A stretch of DNA of 64,000 nucleotides from Isurus oxyrinchus (lineage: Eukaryota). Positions 1 to 11,409 of this stretch are shown here, one piece after another. Each line of letters starts with the position of its first letter. Position 1 is the first letter of the stretch. The stretch lies in assembly GCA_026770705.1 (NCBI GenBank), contig JANJGN010000052.1, positions 620,001 to 684,000 of the forward strand, in the 5' to 3' direction. The translations under genes were made by a program, and so were the position numbers. The notes below the pieces were generated by a model. It was not told where the DNA came from and did no database searches. It saw only the letters and a list, made by a program, of their open reading frames with translations.

Positions 1-470
1 CTTCATGGGAAGTCCTGACTTAGATCAGCAAAAGACACAAAATTTCAGGGCATTGTTATCCGTGTCCTAGCATCGGGATAGACCTCAACCCCCCGTTTTT
101 ATCCCTGATTCTCTCTTCAGCCGATCGCTTCCCTGTCACTCACTGACCAACACTGACTCCCAGTACAGCAATGACTCAAATTTCAAATTCTCATCATCGA
201 TTTCTTACCACACCATCCCCCCTCTACACTCTCTATCTGTGTAACCTCCTCCAACCCTAAAACCCTCTGAGATCTCTGCTCTCCTCCAATTCTGCTGTCA
301 GACATGGAGTCAGTGAATATCAGTGAGCACAGGGGTGATGGGTGAATGGGATTTGGTGTGTGTTTGTACACTGGCTCACTGCTGAATCGTTTCCCAATCA
401 CAGCTCAATAAGAATGATCTTTTACAAAGACTATTAACCATAAATCTGTCCAAGCTGACGATGTTATTAC

Positions 471-510
471 CTTGGAGAAGTGACAGGAGGAAGTAAGATT
501 TCCCGATCAT
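471..510 (-). CDS. Leader (signal peptide) exon of a Siglec-like gene continuing off the left edge (gene 0): MIGKSYFLLSLLQ
   Basis: acaATG start, 13 codons + 1 nt, CAAG|gtaata donor (phase 1), upstream polypyrimidine+cag acceptor; same exon found in 5 copies. Confidence 0.8.
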
Positions 511-960
511 TGTCCACTCCCAGATATTTCATTAGCTTCTGACTCTCAATCTCTGAAAGAGAAAGGAGTTAATGAGACCTCACCTCTTGTCCGACAGCTC
601 TCAAGAGATCAGAACTGCTTTTGGACAATGTCTTGACAGACTAATTTAATTCTCTGTGGGATGATAGGTACTCTGCAGAGAGTTACAAGGCTTTAAGAAA
701 GAAAAACATTGAAGGATTTGCATTTCTATTGCACCTTTCACCACCTCAAGACTTCCCAAAGCTCATGTCTCTGCACTTCCCTCATCCCTTGAGCTAGAAA
801 GATGTTCTGTACAACAGACTTGAGCCTCACACCCTGATCTCAATAATCAGTAGAAATCTTTCAAATGCATGAATCATTGGAATCTGTCTTTATAAAGTCA
901 CAACATCAACAAAGGACGGTGTTGGTCATGGATGTGAATTCCAATCGTTCCGTTACTTAC

Positions 961-1100
961 CCAGGACCCGTCCGACTGCTCGTCTGGAGAGGAACTGCCC
1001 ACACGCTCTGCTTGAGCTGAATGACCTCTTCCTGTGCTGCTCCCTCTGTGTGTTTAATTAGAAAGGGTGGATGTGTCACTGTGAGACAAAATGTGGAAGT
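961..1100 (-). promoter_or_regulatory. Candidate promoter and non-coding exon 1 of gene 0
   Basis: TGG|gtaagtaa donor at 960 about 400 bp upstream of the leader exon; ETS-like site near 1088-1101; block repeated in front of the leaders. Confidence 0.5.
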
Positions 1101-1324
1101 GGGTAATCAGTGAGAAGATCGAGGATGTTTTGTGCTCTCAGCAAAACGTTTACCATCTGATGATCTGTCAGCTCATATATGGGCATCTATAGTCATGAAG
1201 CTTCTCCATTGGCTCCGTGGGATTAGACTCCTCCCCCTCACCTCGGAGGCTGAAACTCAGGCGATAAGAGTTCCCAATACAGGTCTCTGGCCTTATGATT
1301 CATTTCAACGATCCCTGTTATCAT

Positions 1325-2305
1325 TACGGAGGGAGTGCTGCACTGTCAGTGGGACAGTACTGTGGGAGTGCTGCACTGTGGGAGGGTCAGTACTGAGGGA
1401 GTGCTGCACTAGCAGAAGGTCAGTAATGTGGGGGTGCTGCAATATCAGAGGGTGAGCAATGTGGGAGTGCTGCATTGTCAGAGGTTCAGAAATGAGGGAG
1501 TGCTGCAATGTTGGAGGGACAGTAGTGAGGGAGTGCTGCACTGTCAGAGGGTCAGTAATGTGGGAGTGCTGCACTGTCAGAGGGTCAGTAATGAGGGAGT
1601 GCTGCACTATCAGATGGTCAGTAATGTGGGAGTGCTGAACAGTCAGCGTGTCTGTACTGAGTGAGTTCCACACAGTCGGAGGCTCAGTATTGAGGGGGTG
1701 CCGGACTGTGGGATGGTTAATACTGAGGTAGAGCGGAGTAAGAGCAGATATCCTTTCATGGCAAAGTTTAACTGGAATTTATTTAAACTGAGATTCTTGT
1801 ACTGTGTGTTATTGCAAAAGAAAGGATTTGAGGAACTAAGTCTTGTTCCCGTAAGCCTAAAAATAATTTTCACTGATTTCAATGATGTAGCAATGGAACC
1901 TCCCTCTTTGGGCACCAATCTTGATTGAAACAACTTGCGCAGCACAGTGGGAGTACTGATAGAGTGCTGCACTGTGGGAGGTTGAGTACTGAGGGAGTGC
2001 TGCACTGTCAGAGAGTCTGTACCGCGGGAGTGCTGAACTGTCGGAAGGTCAGTAGTGAGGGAGGGATACAGTGTCAGAGAATCAGTACTGAGGGAGTGCT
2101 GTACTGTGGGTGGGTGAGTACTGAGGGAGTGCTGCACTGTCAGATTGTCAGCCATGAGGGAATGCTGCACTGTCAGAAGGTTAGTGCTGACGGGGTGCTG
2201 CACTTGAAAAGGGTCAATAATGAGGTTGTGCAGCACTGTTAGAGGGACAGTAATGAGGGAGCGCTGCACTGACGGAGGGTCAGCACTGAGGAAACGCTGC
2301 ACTGT
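1325..2305 (+). repeat. 33-bp minisatellite arrays (unit ~ACTGAGGGAGTGCTGCACTGTCAGAGGGTCAGT), interrupted at ~1735-1940
   Basis: Visible tandem units; spurious 11-aa periodic ORFs (EGVLHCQRVST / TVQHSLSTDP). Confidence 0.9.
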
Positions 2306-3029
2306 CAGTTCTGATTGTGGTCCGCAATGTCCTAAGTGCATTCTAGGCACTGCCCAAGATTCCGCCTGATGTCTGTGTAACAACAACATCATGTACAAGT
2401 CAAGAATAATTCTCACTGTGTCAGTGCAGCAAGACAGCTTTGGAATGGCACCACCACTGGCAGGAGTGTGCAACTACAATGTGACATGTTTACATTGGAA
2501 ATTTCTATTATAAAGATGGGCAATGGAATTCATATGATGGAGAAAATGTGACAACATGAAGTAATGTCTTTGAGCCAAGAATTTGGCTGCAAAATAAGAA
2601 TTTTAATCTATAAATATCTACAGAACAGGCTGAGCATTTTAATCACTTGAGTTAATCAATGTAATTTTATTCATAACCCAAATGCCTCCTACAATCTATC
2701 GCAGCATGAAAAAGGTGCAGTATTCAGAAAGCACATTCCAATCAGAGAACAGAGTTTAGCAACGTCACATTTCTGTTCATTCCTATTCGACCATGTTGGC
2801 TGCACACAGCCAGACAATGCCGTGGTTATGATGTGTCCACACAGCAGGACTGGGGAGCACCAGGTATAAGGAAAAGTTTCAGCTTGCTGAGGAGAAGAAG
2901 GAGAATCTCTCGTTGCAGGTTTCTCTCCGTACATTAAGAAGCAGGCATGCCTATGTTTCATTGCACTCTGTCTGCTGATGGGAGTCCGCTTGGAAATTGC
3001 TGTTTGTGCTGATGGAAAGAATAAGCTTT

Positions 3030-3625
3030 TCATAAATCGAGGGATTGAGAACAAACACAGGGAGGTTATGTTGAACATTTATAAAGCTCTGGTTAGGTGA
3101 CAACTAGAGTATTGTGTCCAGTTCTGGTCTCCTCACTTTGGGAAGGAAGTGAGCGTCCTTGAGAGGGTGGGGAGGAGATTGAGCAGAATGGGTCCAGGGA
3201 TGAGGGATTTTAGCTACAAGGTTGGGTTGGCGAAGCTGGGGTTGTTCTCCTTGGAGCAAAGGAGATTGAGGGGGGATCTGATCGAGGTGTACAAGATGAT
3301 GATGGGTTTAGATAACGGTAGACAAAGAGAAGCTGTTGCCATTAGCTGATGGTACAAGGACTGGGGGACACAGATTGAAGGTTTTGGGCAGAGGGGGGAT
3401 GTGAGGAGGAACCTTTTTACACAGCGAGTGGTAATGAGCTGGAACTCGCTGCCTACGAGGATGGTGGAAGCGGAGACGATGAACGATTTCAAAAGGAAAT
3501 TGGATGGACACTTGAGGGGAAATAAACTTGAAGAGATACAGGGATAGAGTGGGGGAATGGAACTGACTGGATTGCTCTACAGAGAGACAGCATGGAGTCG
3601 ATGGGCCAAATGCCGTTCTTCTGTT
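3030..3625 (+). mobile_element. CR1-type LINE 3' fragment (lies in the 3' UTR region of the activating gene)
   Basis: LGLFSLEQRRLRGDLIEVYKMM, typical of the CR1 ORF2 C-terminus, plus CR1 3' tail. Confidence 0.85.
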
Positions 3626-3654
3626 CCATGATGAGATTGTTGCTGTACAATGTT

Positions 3655-3794
3655 TCAAACAGTCTGTCGACTTCCTTTCACTGTTTGTTCCTCCCAGACA
3701 CAGACTCCAGCGATAGTGATAACCACAGCCACAAGGAATATCACAGCTCGTATTCCCAGGATCAGGATCACGTGCAGAATCTCTCCTCCACTGT
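3655..3794 (-). CDS. Transmembrane/short-tail terminal exon, activating type: (D)SGGEILHVILILGIRAVIFLVAVVITIAGVCVWEEQTVKGSRQTV*
   Basis: Polypyrimidine+tag acceptor at 3795-3797, phase 1 matches Ig exons, long hydrophobic run containing Arg (CGA 3750-3748), TGA at 3657-3655; copy at 39635. Confidence 0.85.
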
Positions 3795-5477
3795 CTAGAG
3801 AACACACAGAAAGAAATCATCACTGACTCTCCGCTTTCAATCTCTCACTCTGGCTGAACAATCAAGCTTCATATCACTGCAACATTTGCTGTAATATTGA
3901 CCCATCCACTGGGATTCAATGTGGAATGAATGTTTTCATTGTAAACACTCTAAGAGTGGACAATCGGAACTTTCCCCTTAGCGTGGAACATTGGTGAGAA
4001 TGGATCATTGTGCTGTTGGACTCCCTGTCCAATGTTTCTCTCCATTGCTGTGTACAGGATTGTGCTGTAGAAAATTCTGGAAACGTTTTGTGAAGGATGG
4101 AAATCCATCTCGGATGCGTGTGTGAATCGGGCAGGATCGAGATGGACTCCCCCATGGACTTACACCCCCCGCTTAATAAACAGTTCCAATCTTTACCCAG
4201 AGAGAGGGGAGAATGTGGAACTCACTCCCACTGGGAGTGGTTGAGGTGAACGGTATCGATGTATTTACGGGGCAGGAGGGTCAGTAACCAGAGGGACACA
4301 GATTGACGAACTGGAGGGGGAGATGAGGAGAATTTGTTTTGACAGAGCGAGTTGTTGTGATCTGGAAGATTCTGCCTGAAAGGGTGGTGGAAGCAGATTC
4401 AATAGGAACTTTCAAAAGGGGAATTGGATAAACACTTGAAGGAGGGAGATGGGGGCAAAGTGGAGTGGTGGTTAGTGGATCTGATTGGATAGAACATTGA
4501 AAGACCTGGCACAGGCACAATGGGCTGAATGGCTTCCTCCTGTGCTGTATCATTCTCCACTTCCATGATCTCTCCCCCAGTCAGTAACCACTCCAGATCC
4601 CTCTTGAAGGCAACAGAGCAACAGCAACCACCACACCCACGGACAGCACATTCCCGAGGATCACTGCTCTCTGGGAAAAGATGAACTCCCCAACATCCAG
4701 CCTATTCCTGCTTCCCAGAGAGTGTAAACCCTTCAGGGAGGCACTGAGGAAGTTTTCAATAAAATGACATCAAATCTACCGTTTGAGAAATAATTTAATT
4801 CCGATGAACTCACAGCTTGTGAGGCAAACTGGGAAGTGGATTTGCTTGAAAAGCTGAGAGATGCAAGGGTTAAGTTCTACTGTGCACCACTGGTGGTACA
4901 GTGTAACTACAGCGTGACGTTTACATAGGCAATCCCTATTATAAACAAGGACATTGGACATCAGGTGAAATACGGGCACTGGAAAAGTGAGAACATGATG
5001 TAAGCTTTTCACCAACAGGAATTCCCTTCCTAAACCTCTCCACCTCTCTCTTACTCTCAGATACTCAAACAAAATTTCACACAGATTCACGTAAGGAGGA
5101 GTTGGGACAATTGACTGGTCAAAGGGTTAGGTTTCAGGAAGCTTCTTAAAGGAGGATAGAGAGTTGGAGAGACAGAGAGTATCTGTGAGTGTCTCTATGC
5201 ATCTGAGTGTCTGTAATAGACTTTGCAATTTCCATATTCTTCCATAAACATGAAAGGGAACAGAAATCTCAGAATCCAGGTCAACTCTCCGGTGCAGCAC
5301 TGAGGGAGGTCAGGTAACCCACTGGGGAGTATTGTGCTAGTGTGTTTGTTGGTGTCTTTGTGTGTGCTCATATACGAGGGATTGTGTATCTGCAGGTGTC
5401 TATTTAGGTCTGTATATTTGTCTGTGTTTGTGTCATGTTTCAATCTGAGACAGATGATGAAATCTGTGTGCACTCAC

Positions 5478-5630
5478 ATTCCACAGTGATGGTTATGAAC
5501 CCCTCCACTGCTCCATGTTCATTCTCTGCCAAACACTGATAGTCTCCAGTGTCCCTGGATGTAACGTGAGGAATCACCAACCACAGCTCATTGTTGGAAC
5601 TTGTTCTGTTCATTGTGATATTCAGATGTC
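5478..5630 (-). pseudogene. 3' remnant of second C2-set exon of gene A (5' half and acceptor replaced by ~180 bp of unrelated sequence)
   Basis: Matches the 3' half of the intact exon 21279-21560 (NNELWLVIPHVTSRDTGDYQC...TITVE|gtgagt); match breaks at 5630 and resumes in the intron at ~5810. Confidence 0.8.
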
Positions 5631-5953
5631 AGGGCAGGACTCAGCAAGACAGATCGCATGTTTACCAACAGAGAGTGAACAATAATTTATATTTAAAGGG
5701 AAGAGAGTGCTGATTGGTTGGCAAGTGGTCTCTGATAGGTGGAGGTGTTGCCATGGAAAATAATGTGTGTGAGATTTAAAGTTTAAACAGCTTGTCTCTT
5801 CATTCAGCAACAATCAAATAAAGATCAATTAACTTCTATGGACTGTGAAGCTAATTGAGAGGCCTTAGAATGTGGATACTGAGAACGGGCTGCACTGTCA
5901 GAGGGTCAGCGCTGAGGGAGTGCTGATGTAGAATGAAGGATTTCTCAACTTAC

Positions 5954-6250
5954 CTTGTACAGTTAGTACGAGGGTCCGCTCCGATGAAACAGATGGATAT
6001 CTCACTCTGCAGCTGAGAGTGTGTCCGTGGTGTTTGAGTGATGGGATCAGGGTCAGAACAGAAGTATAGGTCAGAGTGACACCATGCTGAGTTACAGTGT
6101 TTGAGACTGATCCACGTACGTCAGTGGGAGTGTCCCAGGTTAAGACAGGTGCTGCTGTTCCATTGCACGTTGTGTTGAAGGTGCAGCTTACATCCACACG
6201 CTTTCCTGCAATAATTTCAGCAGGGAATATCGTGGGTTTATCTGTGAATT
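5954..6250 (-). CDS. Siglec-type C2-set Ig exon (domain 2), gene A
   Basis: 297 nt, phase 1/1, tag acceptor and G|gtaagt donor; SCTFNTTC (C-x5-C as in Siglec domain 2), LTW, HHGHTLSCRV. Confidence 0.9.
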
Positions 6251-6978
6251 CTAACAGACAGAGAATGGATCCTTTTAGAGAAATATAACGTGAAGCATCA
6301 GTTCAAATAGAAATCACAGTCCCACAAGAGAAAGCACTTTTACAAGGATGATATCAGAACTGAGAGGTTACAATGATCAGGAGAGAATTTCCTGCTTTAA
6401 GACTTTGGTGTTTCTGTCTCTCAGCTTAATACACGTTCACTCCGAGACACTTGAAATGATAATAGTGGGTGAGGGTGGAGGAGCAGACCAGAGTTTGGAG
6501 TGCACTACCTCATCATTCACTCAGCGATCTGGGCCATTTATTACTTTGCAATTTGTGGGAGATTGCTGTGCGCAAATTGGCTGCTGTGTTTCTCACATTA
6601 CAACAGTAACTACAATTCAGGAATCAGCTCATTGGCTGTGAAGTGACTTGGTCCGTGCTGAGGTGGTGAAAGGTGCTATAGAAATGTGAATCTTTCTTTT
6701 GTCGATATGTCAGACTTCGAGACAGGATTAGAGAGATCGACGCGAGTGGATAACCTGATAACATTGATGGACACAGTCAATATATTTAATCATTGATATT
6801 AAAGTGAGTATTAGACATTGCTTTAGGACTGAACTGGAAGCTATCACCAGGTTATTGAGAATCAGACAGTGTGTTATAATAAGCTGTGTTTTGTGTTAAT
6901 ATGTAAACATCACAGTTTGTGTTATTTCCCCTTGAGTGTTGAATGTGAATTGTTGAGTAATTATAACACAGCACTTAC

Positions 6979-7347
6979 CAGAAATGTGAAGCTGGGTTGC
7001 AGGATAGTAGCTGTAACTATTACTGTTGTCAAATTCTATTCTGAAAAAATAAGGTCCTGCATCTTCCCGTCTGATGTTGTTTATAATCAGGGAACAGTCG
7101 CCATCTTTCAGGTCTCCAGACAGCCGGGTCCAATGGTGGAACCGTGGTAACTCGTGACTGTGATCCTTGGAGTGAAAGGCAATGGGAGCCCAGGGAATCT
7201 GTTCCTCATTATTAAACCAGACTCCACCTCGTGGTTGGTTTTCCAGACATGATGGATAACTGTAATGACATGGAATCTGTACACACGAACCTTCCTGAGC
7301 TGTCACCTCTCGTGGACTGTCACCTTTCCACTCTTGTGAGGGTTCAG
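6979..7347 (-). CDS. Siglec-type V-set Ig exon V1 (type B), gene A
   Basis: 369 nt open, cag/gt, phase 1/1; EGSCVQIPCHYSYP, GDLKDGDCSLII, DAGPYFFRIE with essential Arg. Confidence 0.9.
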
Positions 7348-7409
7348 CTGGGGAGAGAAATATCAATATTTAACTCTGGATGTTTTATGGATCCACTGAA
7401 CCCGATATT

Positions 7410-8200
7410 TGCAGATGTGGCTGAATTGGGGGGATGGTCAATACTGAGGAGGACTGCAACAAATTATTTTGGCAGGAAGAATAGAAAAACAGGATATTAT
7501 TTAAATGGAGACAGGCTGCAGAATGCAGTACAGAGGGATCTGGGTGTCCTTGTACATGAATCACAGAAAGTCAGCATTCAGGAACACCACGGAATGAGGA
7601 AGGCAAGTGGAATGTTGGCCTTTATTGCAAACGGATGGAGTATAAAAGGAGGGAAGTCTTGCAACAGCTGCACAGGGCGTTAGTGAGATTGTAACAGAAT
7701 CATTGTGTACAGGCAGTTCAGAGAAGCTTCACTGGGCTGATTCCTGGGATTAAAGGGTTTGTCCTGTGAGGAAATGTTGAGCAGGTTGGGCCTGTATCCA
7801 TTGGAGTTTAGAAGAATGAGGGGTGACCTTATTGAAACATATCCGATTCCGAGGGGGCTTGACAGGGTGGATGCTGGGAGGATGTTTCCCCCTCGTGGGG
7901 GAATCTAGAACCAGGGAGCACAGTTTCGGAATGAGGGCTCTCCCATTTAAGACTGAGATGAGGAGGAATTTCCTCTCTCAGAGGGGCGCTAGCCTGTGGA
8001 ATTCTCTTCCCCAGAGAGCAGTGGAGGCTGGGCCATTGAATAGACTCAAGGCTGAGTGAGGCAGGTTTTTGATCAACAAGGGAGTCAAGGATTTGAGGGA
8101 CAGGCAGGAAAATGGAGTTAAGGCCACAACCAGATCAGTGAGAGCAGGCTCGAGGGGCCGAATGGCCTGCTCCTGTCCCTATTTCTTATGATCCTACATT
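7410..8200 (+). mobile_element. CR1-type LINE 3' fragment
   Basis: QRDLGVLVHESQKVS and FKTEMRRNFLSQR motifs, CR1 tail. Confidence 0.85.
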
Positions 8201-8245
8201 CTTACCTTCTTAAAATATTAAAGCTGCAGAATAAAATGCAAGTGA

Positions 8246-8650
8246 ATGACCCGCTCGACCCACCTTCCATCTGGGGGTCCCATGGGGAGGACCCTTCCTG
8301 AGCCAGATCCACCAGCCAACATGGTCTGGATCCGAGCACAGGAGACACGGGGGGGAGTGACTAACAGGCTCCTTGTGACAGGCCCCGTCTGTCCAATGGC
8401 TGGCTTTCAGCTGCCAAGGCCAGAGTTGTCCTTGCTAAAACCGGCTCAGGACAGGCAGGACCCCTGTGCAGACCCCCTCCAGCGCTGCAGCCTCTGTACA
8501 AACCCCTCATGCGCTTGTGGAGAGACACAAACAAGGCTGCACATTACCGAGGAGAATCCCCTCTACGGACTAAGGGGCTGACTCATCACCTTAAACTCAG
8601 CAAATGAGGAGGCTCTCGCTCGGTATCGGGGCTTGGCATTCGCTCAATAA
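8246..8650 (+). mobile_element. Non-LTR retrotransposon C-terminal remnant (inverted copy at ~49583-49915)
   Basis: CACGETQTRLHITEE zinc-knuckle-like C-terminus followed by an A-rich end. Confidence 0.45.
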
Positions 8651-8769
8651 AAATAATCAAATGACATTTTGGTCAGAAATCTAAGGAGGTTGTACATTCC
8701 CTCTAAAATAAGACTCGAGCTGGGGTCGAGGGTCAAAGGGCAAAAAGTTATATTTACACAACAAATTTA

Positions 8770-10560
8770 ACATGACAAATCACCCCAAAGCGCTACACAG
8801 GAGCGTCATAAAACAAAGTATGTCACGCAGACACATGTGGAGATATTAGCGACAGCTGGCCAGAAGAGGTCGGTGTTATGGAGAATCTTCAAAGAGGGAT
8901 GAAATGGATAGTGAGAGAGAGAGAGATAGAGATAGAGAGAGAGAGAGACAGAGAGAGTGAGAGAGAGGGACGGAGAGGGGTTGAGGGAGGGTATTACAGA
9001 GCTCGGGCCCCAGGCAGCTGAAGGCATGGCCGCCGATGTTGTAGTGATGGGATCGGGGGATGGTCAAGAGGCTGGAATTGGAGGAGCGCAGAGACCTCAG
9101 AGGATTGGAGTGACTGGAGGAGGTTACAGAGATAGGGAGGGTTGTAGGGGCTGAAAAAGTTAAGAGAGATTGGGAGAGTGTAGGGTCTGGAGGAGATTAC
9201 AGAGATAGTGAGGGTTGTAGTGATTGGAGGAGTTACAGAGATAGGGAGGGTTGTAGCGGCTGGAAAAGTTAAGAGAGATTGGGAGAGTGTAGAGTCTGGA
9301 GGAGTTTGCAGAGGTCGGGAGGGTTGTAGTGACTGGGGCAGGTTACAGGGGCAGGGAAAGTTGTCGGGACTGGAGCAGGCTACAGAGATAGGGAAGCTTT
9401 TAGGGGCAGGAGGAAGTTACAGAAATAGGGAGGTTTGTAGTGGCTGGAGGAGGTTGCAGAGATTGGTAGGTTTGTTGGGCAGGATGAATTTACAGATATA
9501 GTGAAGTGGTAAAGGCTTGAAGAGGTTACAAAGAATGGGATTGTTGTAGGTACTGGAGGTGGAAGAGGAGATTACAGGGATAGTGAGGAAACAAAGATGT
9601 AAATTGTGACGTTGACATTTTGCTTGACCAGGAGCCAGTCTCGGTCATCGAGCAGAGCGGGTGATAAGGGAATGGGACTTGGTGTGAGTAAGGACGTGGT
9701 CAGCAGTTTTGAATGGCCTCAAGTTTATGGAGTGTAGAGCGTGTGTTGGAACAGTCGAGTCTGGAGGTAATGAAGGCGTGGATGAGGGTTTCAGCAGCAG
9801 ATGAGCTGAGACAGGGTGAAGTCATGCGATGTTACGGAGGTGGAAATAGACGGTGTTAGTGAGGGCGCAGATATGAGGCCGGAAGCTCATCTCAGGATCA
9901 AATGGGACAACAAAGCTGTGAACAGATTGGCTTCAATCTCAGAGAGCTGCCAGGGAGAGGAATGGAGTTGGTAGCGAGGGAACAGAGTTTGGAGCGGGGA
10001 ATGAAGACAATGGCTTCAGTCTTTCCAATATTTAATTGGAGGGAATTTCTGCCCATCCAGTACTGGATGTCGGATAAGCAGCCTGATAATTTAGCAGCAG
10101 TGGAGGAGTCGAGAGAGGTGGTGGTGAGGTAGAGCTGGGGATCCTCAGTGGACAGGTGAAAACTAACACTGTTCAGATGATGCTGCAAAGCCATTGCAAG
10201 TGATTCTCTGGCTACGATGAGATGGATAAGAATGGAGCCAGGGGAGAGCAGTCCCACCCAGCTGGACGACAGTGGACAGGTGTTGGAGGAGGATGGTGTG
10301 GTCGAGCGTGTCAAAGGCTGCAGACAGATCGAGAAGGACGAGGAGGGAAAGTTGACCTTTGTCACAGTCACACAGGATGCCATTTGTGACCTTGATAAGA
10401 GCTGTTTCAGCACAGTGGCTGGGGTGGGAACCTGATTGGAGGGATTCAAACATGGAGTTCCGGGAAAGATGGGGACAGATTCGGGAGATGGAAACACGTT
10501 CAAGGACTTTGGAGGGGAAAGAGAGGCTGGAGATGGGACGGGGGTTTACACAGACAGTGT
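8770..10560 (-). mobile_element. L2-type LINE remnant with internal (GA)n and ~34-bp tandem repeats (9090-9590)
   Basis: LLVLLDLSAAFDTLDH and QLYL...DIQYWM...LQLNIGKTEAIVF RT motifs. Confidence 0.85.
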
Positions 10561-10817
10561 GAGGGGTGGAAGGTGTAGTGGGGAGGAGACACTTCACTCA
10601 GGGGGGATGTGTCATCACCCCTCAGCTCGGTTTATGTTACAGCTATGATGTGGATTCAATCACACACAATAAGCTCATGGATCTGGGAGCAGAAATAGAC
10701 AAATCATTAAAAATAGTGACGCTGGTTAACACGGCCAAAAAACAAGCAAATCAAACACTATTATTTCCCATTGAGTGTTGGATGTGAATTGTTGAGTAAT
10801 TATAACACAGCACTTAC

Positions 10818-11195
10818 CAGAAACCTGAAGCTGGGTTTCAGGGTAATAGTTATGGCTCGGACCATTGTCAAATTCTATTCTGAAAAAATAAGGTCCTTCA
10901 TCTTCCCGTCTGATGTTGTTTATAATCAGGGAACAGTCGCCATCTTTCAGGTCTCCAGACAGCCGGGTCCGATGGTGGAACCATGGTAACTCGTGACTGT
11001 GATCCTTGGAGTGAAAGGCTATAGACCATTTAGACCATTTGTTCTGTATGTACCTCCTCATATACCAGATTCCGACATGTGTTTTCTTTACCAAATGTGA
11101 TGAGTAACTGTAATGACATGGAATCTGTACACATGAACCTTCCTGCGCTGTCACCTCTCGGGGACTGTCACCTTTCCACTCTTGTGACAGTCCAA
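10818..11195 (-). CDS. Siglec-type V-set Ig exon V2 (type A), gene A
   Basis: 378 nt open, cag/gt, phase 1/1; GIWYMRRYIQNKWSKWSIAF; YFFRIE Arg present. Confidence 0.88.
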
Positions 11196-11409
11196 CTGGG
11201 GAGAGAAATATCAATATTAAACTCTGGATGGTTTGTAGATCCACTAGAGTCGATATCCACCCCCTCCATCACTGGGGCACAGTGGCTGCAGTTTGGACCA
11301 TCTACAGGACACACAAGGAACTCCACAAGGTATCACAATGGATGGAAGAGAATCCTGGACACAGGAGTGGACAAGTTCATTCTACATTGGCTCATGGTGC
11401 TCAGGACCC

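Noticed and set aside
6979-7347. V exons as rearranging Ig/TCR/IgNAR V segments
   Set aside because: They end in ordinary splice donors with no heptamer-nonamer RSS, include their own G strand, and have the Siglec B-E disulfide with YFFR instead of YYC
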